Source: Elusimicrobia bacterium CG1_02_56_21 (GTDB lineage: Bacteria; Elusimicrobiota; Elusimicrobia; Elusimicrobiales; UBA9959). From it: a stretch of 64,000 bases of DNA. The notes below the pieces were generated by a model. It saw nothing but the letters and a program-made list of their open reading frames with translations. It was not told where the DNA came from and made no database searches. Positions 54,739 through 62,180 of the stretch are shown here, piece after piece. The stretch is taken from NCBI GenBank assembly GCA_001871115.1, contig MNUR01000129.1, forward strand, positions 3,869 through 67,868. The letters run 5' to 3'. Within the stretch, counting starts at the first letter, position 1. Each line of letters starts with the position of its first letter. The position numbers and the translations under genes are program-made.

Positions 54739-55661
54739 CTTTCGGCCCCCTCTACCAGCCTTATAAAGACATCTTCAAGCGACGGCATGATAAGCGCGTG
54801 CGCGGCGGAAGGCGGCAGGGCGGACAAGGCCGCGTCCATAGCCGGCTTGTCGCTGAAGGCCGCGTGCCAGCGCCTGCCCTGCGGCGAAAGCTCAAGCAGA
54901 CCGCGCGCTTTTTCCAGGCCGGAGATAAAGGAAGAAGCGTCCTCCCCTTTGAAATCCAGCTCGGCCATCGGGCCGGGGAAGGCGGACTTTTTTAATTCCG
55001 CCGGAGAGCCCAGGGCTATCAGCTTGCCGGCGCGCATCAGCGCTATCCGGCCGCACTGCTCGGCCTCGTCCATATAATGCGTGGTCACTATCACCGTCTT
55101 GCCCAGGCCGGTGAGCCGGCGTATCAGCGCCCAGAACCGCGCGCGGGAGGCGGGCGCCACTCCGGAGGTGGGCTCGTCGAGGAAAACTATCTCCGGGTCG
55201 TGCAGCATGGCGGCGGCCAGGGCCAGTTCCTGTTTTATCCCTCCGGGAAGCGAGGCCACCATGGAAGTCAGCGGCTTATCGAAAGCGATAAGCTCGAAAA
55301 GTTCTTTCCGGCGCTTTTTAGCGTAGGCCGGTTCCAGCTTGCGCAGCCCGGCCGCGAAATCCAGGTTCTCCCCTACGGTCAGGTCATTGTAAAGGGTGAA
55401 CTTCTGGGACATATAGCCCACTATCTTCTTTATGCCCTGCCCGCCGTCCCCGAAGCCAAGGCCGCCCACCAGCGCGGAGCCGGAAGTGGGAACGAGCAGG
55501 CCGCAAAGCATGCGTATGGTGGTGGTCTTCCCGGCGCCATTGGCGCCGAGGAAACCGAAGATCTCCCCCCGGTTCACGGAAAAAGAGACATTATCCACGG
55601 CGGTAAAGTCGCCGAACTTTATGGAGAGGCCTTTCACTTCGAGGGCGGAGGAGGCTTTCAT
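54735..55661 (-). CDS. ABC transporter ATP-binding protein
   Basis: Walker A GANGAGKTT, signature LPGGIKQE, Walker B IVFLDEPT. Confidence 0.9.
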   Translation of the reverse strand: MKASSALEVKGLSIKFGDFTAVDNVSFSVNRGEIFGFLGANGAGKTTTIRMLCGLLVPTSGSALVGGLGFGDGGQGIKKIVGYMSQKFTLYNDLTVGENLDFAAGLRKLEPAYAKKRRKELFELIAFDKPLTSMVASLPGGIKQELALAAAMLHDPEIVFLDEPTSGVAPASRARFWALIRRLTGLGKTVIVTTHYMDEAEQCGRIALMRAGKLIALGSPAELKKSAFPGPMAELDFKGEDASSFISGLEKARGLLELSPQGRRWHAAFSDKPAMDAALSALPPSAAHALIMPSLEDVFIRLVEGAER

Positions 55662-56386
55662 TTATGCGCCCCCTTTTTCATGAAGATCTCCTCGAAATTG
55701 GCCGCGCCGGTCTCCCTGAGTACAGCTCTCGGCTCGCCGGAGGCCAGCAGGCGCCCGGAATCGAGCAGGTGCACCCTGGAGCAGCGCTCGGCCTCGTCCA
55801 TGTAGGCCGTGGAAACTATGATAAGTATTTTGTCGGCGGCCAGGCTGTAGAGCAGCTCCCAGAATTCCCTGCGGCTTATCGGGTCCACGCCGTTGGTGGG
55901 CTCGTCGAGGAGCAGCACCGAGGGCGACTGGAGGAGCGCGCACATCAGGCCCAGCTTCTTATACATCCCGCCGGAAAGCTGGCCGGCCCGGCGGTCGCGG
56001 AATTTAGCGAGCCTGGTTATTTCCAGCAGTTCCGCCGAGCGGCTGGCGTAGACCGCGGGGTCCAGCCGGTAAAGCTCGCGGAAGAACTCCAGGTGTTCGT
56101 AGATAGAAAGGTCGGGGTAGAGGCTCGCCTGCTGCGGCATATAAGCGAGGCTCGGCCGCAGTTCGCTGAAAGCGGCGGGCTTACCGCCGCTGAAATAATG
56201 GATATTTCCCGCGGACGGCTTAAGCAGCCCGGCCAGCAGGCGCATGGTCGTGGTCTTGCCCGCCCCGTCGGAGCCGATCAGCCCGTGGAGCAGCCCGGCC
56301 GAAAAATCAAAAGAGACCTCCGCCAGGGCTTGCGTCCTGCCGAACGATTTCTTCAGCTCCTCCGTCCGTATCGAAAAATTCCCCAT
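55658..56386 (-). CDS. ABC transporter ATP-binding protein
   Basis: Walker A GSDGAGKTT, signature LSGGMYKK, Walker B VLLLDEPT. Confidence 0.9.
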   Translation of the reverse strand: MGNFSIRTEELKKSFGRTQALAEVSFDFSAGLLHGLIGSDGAGKTTTMRLLAGLLKPSAGNIHYFSGGKPAAFSELRPSLAYMPQQASLYPDLSIYEHLEFFRELYRLDPAVYASRSAELLEITRLAKFRDRRAGQLSGGMYKKLGLMCALLQSPSVLLLDEPTNGVDPISRREFWELLYSLAADKILIIVSTAYMDEAERCSRVHLLDSGRLLASGEPRAVLRETGAANFEEIFMKKGAHK

Positions 56387-56400
56387 AGTCTCTTGTTCCA

Positions 56401-56477
56401 GATTTTCGATTCCTGACTCCCGACCCTCGACCCTCGACTCCCGACTCCCGATTCTCGATTTCTTATTTTCGATTATT
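56401..56477 (-). repeat. GRRRRTC heptanucleotide tandem array (11 units) in the hlyD-ATPase intercistronic gap
   Basis: Plus strand: gattttc gattcct gactccc gaccctc gaccctc gactccc gactccc gattctc gatttct tattttc gattatt. The last unit overlaps the hlyD-like stop codon. Confidence 0.85.
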
Positions 56478-57198
56478 CCGGCAGTTTAACTTCTATCGTC
56501 ATCCCCGGCTTTAAAGTCTCTTCCGAGTTAGGGAAACTGACCTTAACGGCAAAGACAAGCCTGGTTCTTTCTTTACGCGTCTGCACGTTCTTGGGCGTGA
56601 ACTCGGCCTCGGAATAGATCACGGAGATCCTCCCGGCGAATTCTTTATCCCCCGCTTCCGGCAGGAAGCCCTTCACTTCCATTCCTTGTTTAATTTTCGC
56701 CAGCATATCGTGCGGGACGTAAATATAGGCCCAGACCTCGGAGAGATCGGCCACCGTGGCCAGCTTGGTGCCGGGACCCACCAGTTCGCCTTTTTCCCTG
56801 TAGGAATAGAGCAGGCGCCCGTTGACCGGGGACTTTACCGAGCACCAGTCCGCCTTCAGCGCCGAGTCGTCGCGCTTGTATTTAAGCCGGTCATAGTTCT
56901 CCTTCGAGAGCGAGCCGCCTTTATAAAGTTCCTCGGCGCGCTTGAAGTCTTCCGCGGCTATCCCGGCGGCCAGCCGCAGATCGCCGCAGTCGATGGAGGT
57001 CAGCACCGCGCCCAGCTTGACCGGGTCGCCTTCCCGCGCCCCGTAGGACTCTATCACGCCCGAAATACGCGCGGAGAGGTCGGTCTCGGTGGCCTCTATC
57101 GTTCCGCTGTAGCGGAAATCGCGGCCATTCTTAACTTTGAAGAAGACAACCGAGCCGACGACGATCAACAGCAACAGAGGGATTATCTTTTTTTTCAT
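56473..57198 (-). CDS. HlyD-family periplasmic adaptor (short form, YbhG-like)
   Basis: N-terminal TM anchor, lipoyl/barrel-sandwich halves (GTIEATETDLSARISGVI ... VKSPVNGRL), short coiled-coil. Confidence 0.75.
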   Translation of the reverse strand: MKKKIIPLLLLIVVGSVVFFKVKNGRDFRYSGTIEATETDLSARISGVIESYGAREGDPVKLGAVLTSIDCGDLRLAAGIAAEDFKRAEELYKGGSLSKENYDRLKYKRDDSALKADWCSVKSPVNGRLLYSYREKGELVGPGTKLATVADLSEVWAYIYVPHDMLAKIKQGMEVKGFLPEAGDKEFAGRISVIYSEAEFTPKNVQTRKERTRLVFAVKVSFPNSEETLKPGMTIEVKLPE

Positions 57199-57199
57199 A

Positions 57200-58546
57200 T
57201 TATTTAACGCTCCCGTTCAGGCTGTCCAGGACGGCCAGCCTTAAGAGTATCTCCGCATTGGCCGAGGCGGCCAGGGTTTTCGCCTGAAGCTGCTTGAGGT
57301 TGGCGCTTTCCACGTCCAGCCAGGTCCCGCCGCCGGCCTTGTAGACTTCATAAGCCAGCCTGGCGGCCTCGTCGGCGTCGTCCACCGCGTCTATATTTAT
57401 AGCCTGCTCGGCCAGCAGGGCGTTATAAGCGTCCAGGGATTTTTTATAGTCTTTATCGGAAAGGAGGACGGCTTCGGTCTTTTTCTCGGCGGCGGCCTCG
57501 GCGTTCAGCTCGCTTTCGCGCCGCTTCTCCGAGGAGCGCCCGCTTTCGAAGAGCGGCAGGTTCAGGGACAGCGAAGCCGAATTCTGGACGAAAGAATAGA
57601 GATTGGGCCCGTTAGGGTAGTCCAGAGAGCTGCGCGCGCCCAGCGTCAGGCGCGGCAGCCTTTCGGCCTTGTAGCCGGCCGCTAAAGCCCTCTGCGCCTG
57701 CGCGGTATTCTCCGCGGCCCTTACGGAAGGCAGGCCCTTCTCAAGGCCGCCCGCGGCCGCCGGCAGCAGGCGGCTCAGGATCTCGGTATACGGCTCGGCC
57801 TTTATGAACAGCTGCGCCTCCTGCCCGTCGCCGTAATCGCGCCCGGCCAGGCGCGTATCCAGCGGCAGCGAGGCCCCCTCGGGCAGGTCCAGCCCGGTGA
57901 TAAAACCGAATTCCCTCAGCTCCGCCGACAGTTCGGCCCTGGCCCGCAGGAAATCCCGGCGGCGGGACAGGGTTTCCTGCCTGGCGCGGATCTCGTCCAG
58001 GCGGCTGCGCGCGCCGGCCTTGGCGCCGAGAGAAATGTCCTTGAGCTGGCTCAGCGAAAGCTGGAGGTTCTCGCCTATCAGGTAAACCCGCTCCAGGGCC
58101 AGCTGGAGGTGGAAATAAGCCACCCGCGCCCTGAGCACGGCCTGCCTGCGTATATTTTCCGCCTCGGCTGAGCGCGCCGCGGCCGTTTTCAATACGGCGT
58201 CCCGGTTGTTCTTCAGCACTCCCCCGTCGAACAAGGTCCAGTAGGCCGACGGGCCCAGGGTATAATTCCAGTTATCTCCCAGCGGCCTGCCGCCGCCCAG
58301 GGCCTTCGGCAGGGCTATAGCGGGAACCGTCTCGTTATAGCGCAGGCCGCCCTCCAGGCTGAAGCGCGGGTAAAGAGGCGAGTCCGCCGCCCGGGCCGCC
58401 GCCCCGGCCGCCTCGGCCGAAAGCCTCGCGCCGCGGTATTGATTCGAGACCGCCAGCGCGCTCTCCTCGGCCGCGCGCAGGGTGAGGGCCAGTTCGGCCC
58501 CCCGCGCCGGCGCGGCTAAGAGAAGGAAAAGGAAAAAATATCTCAT
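57200..58546 (-). CDS. TolC family outer membrane efflux protein
   Basis: 448 aa. Signal peptide and two tandem OEP repeats with long helical segments. Confidence 0.8.
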   Translation of the reverse strand: MRYFFLFLLLAAPARGAELALTLRAAEESALAVSNQYRGARLSAEAAGAAARAADSPLYPRFSLEGGLRYNETVPAIALPKALGGGRPLGDNWNYTLGPSAYWTLFDGGVLKNNRDAVLKTAAARSAEAENIRRQAVLRARVAYFHLQLALERVYLIGENLQLSLSQLKDISLGAKAGARSRLDEIRARQETLSRRRDFLRARAELSAELREFGFITGLDLPEGASLPLDTRLAGRDYGDGQEAQLFIKAEPYTEILSRLLPAAAGGLEKGLPSVRAAENTAQAQRALAAGYKAERLPRLTLGARSSLDYPNGPNLYSFVQNSASLSLNLPLFESGRSSEKRRESELNAEAAAEKKTEAVLLSDKDYKKSLDAYNALLAEQAINIDAVDDADEAARLAYEVYKAGGGTWLDVESANLKQLQAKTLAASANAEILLRLAVLDSLNGSVK

Positions 58547-59172
58547 AGCCCTATCCCCCTGACGGCTATCTCCGCCCTCTCCATTATGCCCGACTCTGAA
58601 AACAGTTCCCCGCGAACGTCCTCTATCGGAAGACCGTGCAGGACTTTCACCCCGTTGCGCTCAAAGACGCCGCTCACCAGCATGGGAAACACCATAACCG
58701 ACACCAGTGAGGAAATGATAAAAGGTATAGAGCGGTTTTGAACGGAGCTGGCCCGGCGGCATTCAGCGGTCAGAGCGGCGATCTGCTGCACATGCTCCGT
58801 AAAATTCCCCCTGACGAAAGCGAAGGCCTCTTTTTTCCCGTGGGCCAGGTCGGCGAAGATCATCGGCGCCACGCTGCGCACGCTCCGCGCGAATTTCCCC
58901 ACCTCCACCAGCGCGTTCTTGAGCCGCTCACGGGGAGTCCCCGCCACGGCTACCCCCGCCTTGAAACTTAGCATAAATTCCGCGTACATTTCTTTCAGCA
59001 CGGCCTTAAGGAACTCTTCCTTAGACCCGAAATAATAATGGAACATCCCGGTATTGACCCCCGCCACGCGGCAAGCCTCCCGCACGGTCAAGCCCGTAAT
59101 CCCCTTCTCCTGCAAGAGCTTGCGGCCGGCGGCCTTAAGCTTCAAATCCGTTCCCGATGGTGGTCTGGCCAT
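58543..59172 (-). CDS. TetR/AcrR family transcriptional regulator (first gene of the efflux operon)
   Basis: HTH TVREACRVAGVNTGMFHYYFGSKEE. ATGA overlap with tolC. GGAGG 5 nt upstream. Confidence 0.85.
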   Translation of the reverse strand: MARPPSGTDLKLKAAGRKLLQEKGITGLTVREACRVAGVNTGMFHYYFGSKEEFLKAVLKEMYAEFMLSFKAGVAVAGTPRERLKNALVEVGKFARSVRSVAPMIFADLAHGKKEAFAFVRGNFTEHVQQIAALTAECRRASSVQNRSIPFIISSLVSVMVFPMLVSGVFERNGVKVLHGLPIEDVRGELFSESGIMERAEIAVRGIGL

Positions 59173-59199
59173 AAATCCTCCATTGTTACACTACAGTAT

Positions 59200-59229
59200 A
59201 ATTATACAACCGTATAATTAGACAGTCAA
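59200..59229 (-). promoter_or_regulatory. consensus promoter TTGACT-N17-TATAAT with an overlapping 20-bp palindromic operator AATTATAC-N4-GTATAATT
   Basis: The minus strand reads cTTGACTgtctaattatacggttgTATAAT. Palindrome at 59200..59219, -10 at 59201..59206, -35 at 59224..59229. Confidence 0.65.
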
Positions 59230-59248
59230 GCGGAAACAGCAAATTAAG

Positions 59249-59302
59249 AATTAAGGTGACACAGAACTTAATTAATGAATTAAGTTCTGTGTCACCTTAA
59301 TT
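59249..59302. repeat. AT-rich palindromic hairpin element, copy 2 (25-bp perfect arms, 4-nt loop)
   Basis: aattaaGGTGACACAgaACTTAATT-aatg-AATTAAGTtcTGTGTCACCttaatt. Confidence 0.85.
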
Positions 59303-59303
59303 T

Positions 59304-59334
59304 AAAAAAACCGCCCCCCTTTTCAGGAGGGCGG
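59304..59334 (-). terminator. rho-independent terminator after the RRM-protein gene
   Basis: Minus strand: ccgccctcc-tgaaaa-ggggggcgg followed by TTTTTTT. Confidence 0.8.
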
Positions 59335-59358
59335 TTAGTAAACCATTAAAGGTTCAGC

Positions 59359-59700
59359 TTACCACTTGTCGCCGTAGCCGCCGCGTCCGCCGCGATCGCC
59401 GCCGCGTCCGCCGTCACGACCGCCGCCGAAACCGCCGGTGCGGGGGCGGGCTTCCATGGGGCGAGCTTCGTTAACGGTCAGCTTGCGGCCGCCGAAATCG
59501 GAACCGTTCAGCTTTTCCATGGCCGCATTGGCCTCTTCGTCATTAGGCATCTCGACGAAACCGAAACCGCGGGACTGGCCGGAGTACTTATCGGTGATCA
59601 GCTTAGCGCTGGTAACCTGGCCGTAAGTCGCGAAAAGGGTGTTCATTTCCTCTTCAGTGGTTTTAAAGGGCAGACCGCCCACGTATATTCTCTTGCTCAT
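59359..59700 (-). CDS. RRM-type RNA-binding protein with Arg/Gly-rich tail
   Basis: RNP-2 IYVGGL, RNP-1 RGFGFVEM, C-terminal GGFGGGRDGGRGGDRGGRGGYG. Confidence 0.9.
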   Translation of the reverse strand: MSKRIYVGGLPFKTTEEEMNTLFATYGQVTSAKLITDKYSGQSRGFGFVEMPNDEEANAAMEKLNGSDFGGRKLTVNEARPMEARPRTGGFGGGRDGGRGGDRGGRGGYGDKW

Positions 59701-59809
59701 TATTCTATCCTCCTAGCTATCTTACCTGATCTCAACTCTTTCTGCGCTTCCCTTGCTCTACTGCCAGCAGGATAGGCTTCAAAAACTTGAGTCTCGGTTA
59801 ACTACAGAA

Positions 59810-59840
59810 ATAGTATGACATTAATCCGCGGGAAAGTCAA
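59810..59840 (-). promoter_or_regulatory. candidate promoter TTGACT-N19-TACTAT for the RRM-protein gene (about 100-nt 5' UTR)
   Basis: The minus strand reads cTTGACTttcccgcggattaatgtcaTACTAT. The spacer is long, so confidence is low. Confidence 0.3.
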
Positions 59841-59926
59841 GAAAGAAAAGCCAAAAGGGGCAAATCAGGAGATTTTATAGAGGGAAAATCGGGTTTGACG
59901 CAACAAATACCGGCTTCTGCTGCCTT

Positions 59927-60373
59927 TTACTCGCCTATATCCTCATTCCAGAGTTCAGGCCTGGCCTTAATAAAGCCTTTCATAAGCTTTTTACACTCAG
60001 GAAGGTCCAGATTCAGCAAATTAAGGAACTTTTTAGAATAAGTTTCCGGACCTTTATAGGTTTCATTCTCCCCTATGACGACAAGAGGTATCTTATAGAG
60101 CAAAATAGCCCCGGTACACATAGAGCAAGGAGAAAGTGTTGAATATATAACGCTTTTTTTATAATCCGCCGCCTTAAGCCGGCCGGCATTTTCAAGGCAA
60201 TCCATCTCCGCATGGAGTATGGCGGACTTTTTCTGTACCCTGCGGTTATGCCCCCGGCCTATAATCTTGCCGTCTTTGACCAGTACCGACCCTATGGGTA
60301 TACCCCCCTCTTTAAGGCCTTTACGGGCTTCTTTAATCGCCGCTTTGATAAACTTTAAGTGGTTTTGATCCAT
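59927..60373 (-). CDS. yeast-type (Fcy1-like) cytosine deaminase, CDA superfamily
   Basis: HAEMDCLEN and PCSMCTGAI zinc motifs. EGGIPIGSVLV and the C-terminus KGFIKARPELWNEDIGE parallel S. cerevisiae Fcy1 (EGGVPIGGCLI ... KQFIDERPQDWFEDIGE, from memory). Confidence 0.75.
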   Translation of the reverse strand: MDQNHLKFIKAAIKEARKGLKEGGIPIGSVLVKDGKIIGRGHNRRVQKKSAILHAEMDCLENAGRLKAADYKKSVIYSTLSPCSMCTGAILLYKIPLVVIGENETYKGPETYSKKFLNLLNLDLPECKKLMKGFIKARPELWNEDIGE

Positions 60374-60908
60374 CCAGGCCTCCTTCGTCCGAACCCGGCT
60401 TAGCCTTGTATTTAGGCTTTCTTTTGGAGCCGCGGCTCCCGGCCGGCCTCTTTTTAGGCAGGCGCTTCATAGTTCCGGAAGCCCCTCCCATGCCCGCGTC
60501 AACCTCCAGAAAAAAAGAAGAAGCCGGCTTGGCAAAGCGCAGTGTTCCATCAAAGATAGGACTATGGAAAGACACAAGGCCGGTGCTGTCGGTACAACCG
60601 GTCAATTTAATCTCAGGCATACCCGAAACCCCGGCCACGGCCGTAAAGCAATCCGGCTTGGCCGGAGTAAGAGTAAAGGTTCCGGGCGTCTTTTTAGGAG
60701 AGCATTTCCCGGCATAGGTGAAGGTCCCGGTTACAACTCCTTTTTTACCGCGCGCAGCGGAATTCACTACCCACAGACAGTCATCAGGAGTGGAAGTAAT
60801 GTTCCCCCTCCAGGAACCCAGCAGGAGGTACAGAGAAGTATCGCCGGCGGCGGCTGATGGGGCCGCGCAGGCTATCAGAAGGGTCAGAAAACACGACAGA
60901 ATATGCAT
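60333..60908 (-). CDS. hypothetical secreted protein with highly basic C-terminal tail
   Basis: Signal peptide MHILSCFLTLLIACAAPSAAAG. The tail is KRLPKKRPAGSRGSKRKPKYKAKPG. Overlaps both neighbours (25 nt and 41 nt). Confidence 0.4.
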   Translation of the reverse strand: MHILSCFLTLLIACAAPSAAAGDTSLYLLLGSWRGNITSTPDDCLWVVNSAARGKKGVVTGTFTYAGKCSPKKTPGTFTLTPAKPDCFTAVAGVSGMPEIKLTGCTDSTGLVSFHSPIFDGTLRFAKPASSFFLEVDAGMGGASGTMKRLPKKRPAGSRGSKRKPKYKAKPGSDEGGLDGSKPLKVYQSGD

Positions 60909-62071
60909 TTGAGGTACTCCCCTTCAGGGTAATCCGCGGCCACGGGGTGGTCGGGCCCTGCGCCTGATTTTTTAAGGATCTGCACTTTTCGCCCGGCATT
61001 TGACGCCGCGCCGCGCAGGATGAAAGAGAATTCGTCCATTGAAACCATGCCGCTGCAGGAGCAGGTCACAAAGATCCCGCCCTCTTCCACAAGCGACAGG
61101 GCGATACGGTTGAAATCCCTGTATTTAAAAATGCCCTTGTCCCGCTCTTCGCGGCTGGAAACCAGCTTATAAGGGTCCAGGACAACCATGCCGTAGCGCC
61201 TCTTAAGTTCCAGCATCTGCCGCATATAGGTAAAAGCGTCGGCGCAGACAGAGTCTATTTTTACCTTGTTTATATTGGCGTTGCGCTTGGACATCTCGCT
61301 GGCCCCGGGGTCCAGCTCCACGCTTGTCACCGAGGAAGCGCCGCCGAGTTTTGCGGCGTAGATGCCGAAGCCGCCGGTATAGGAACAGAGGTCGAGCACA
61401 TTTTTCCCCGAAGCGAGGGTTGCGGCGAAAAGCCGGTTCTCGCGCTGGTCGCAGAAAAAGCCGGTCTTGTAGCCGGACTTAAGATCGGTCTCAAAGTGCA
61501 CGCCGTTCTCGGTGATACGGGTCTTGCGCGAAGGCCCCGGCTCCGGCTTTATAGTGAACCCTTCCATATCCTGCGTGAAAGCGGTAGCGCGGTGATGGAA
61601 AGTCGCTGCCGGGAAATGTTTTTTAAAGGCGGCTTCTATATTGGGCCAGATCCTGTACATACCCAGCGAATAGAACTCGAGGGCGATCTGGTCCTTATAG
61701 ATATCCACTGTCATGCCCGGCAGGCCGTCGGCGAAGTCGTGCACCAGGCGGTAAGCGTCAGTCTTCTCCCGGAGCTTAAGGACGCCGTGCCGGAGAGCCA
61801 CTGCGCGGTCTACGCGGGCTTCCAGGAAATCGTCTATCTGAAACTCCTCCGGGTTCTGGCGGGTAAAGATGCGCAGTGTTATCTGGCTGCGAGGATTGTA
61901 AAGCGCCACGCCGTAGGGATTGCCGTTCTTATCGTAGACCGCCACAATCTCGCCGGGCTCGGCGCGGTCGCAGGAGTCTATCATCCGCTTGAACGCGTTG
62001 GGACCTGCGGGAGCGTGCGAAAGCTTTACCCTGGGCAGACCGCCAGCTTTGGAAAATATTTTTTCAGCCAT
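60884..62071 (-). CDS. class I SAM-dependent rRNA methyltransferase (RlmI/RlmK-like, PUA N-domain)
   Basis: 395 aa. SAM motif VLDLCSYTGGFG, DPYKL, C-terminal GAGPDHPV typical of the RlmI family. Confidence 0.75.
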   Translation of the reverse strand: MAEKIFSKAGGLPRVKLSHAPAGPNAFKRMIDSCDRAEPGEIVAVYDKNGNPYGVALYNPRSQITLRIFTRQNPEEFQIDDFLEARVDRAVALRHGVLKLREKTDAYRLVHDFADGLPGMTVDIYKDQIALEFYSLGMYRIWPNIEAAFKKHFPAATFHHRATAFTQDMEGFTIKPEPGPSRKTRITENGVHFETDLKSGYKTGFFCDQRENRLFAATLASGKNVLDLCSYTGGFGIYAAKLGGASSVTSVELDPGASEMSKRNANINKVKIDSVCADAFTYMRQMLELKRRYGMVVLDPYKLVSSREERDKGIFKYRDFNRIALSLVEEGGIFVTCSCSGMVSMDEFSFILRGAASNAGRKVQILKKSGAGPDHPVAADYPEGEYLKCIFCRVF

Positions 62072-62077
62072 AGTTTT

Positions 62078-62083
62078 ATTATA
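62078..62083 (-). promoter_or_regulatory. candidate -10 box TATAAT 6 nt upstream of the rlmI-like ATG
   Basis: The minus strand reads aaaggTATAATaaaactATG. No SD. No convincing -35. Confidence 0.3.
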
Positions 62084-62180
62084 CCTTTGTCTAAATGCAA
62101 ATTGTAGCCGTACCGCGCCGTAACCGTGTCGGAGATCCTACGCTTTTTTAGTCGCAGGCCACCTGCTCCAGCTTCTTGTT

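Noticed and set aside
56401-56477. Considered whether the heptad arrays are a miniature CRISPR array, a coding repeat or a REP element.
   Set aside because: Units are 7 nt with no spacers. There are no cas genes. The period is not a multiple of 3 and the arrays lie outside ORFs. There is no dyad symmetry. They are kept as a finding of unknown function.
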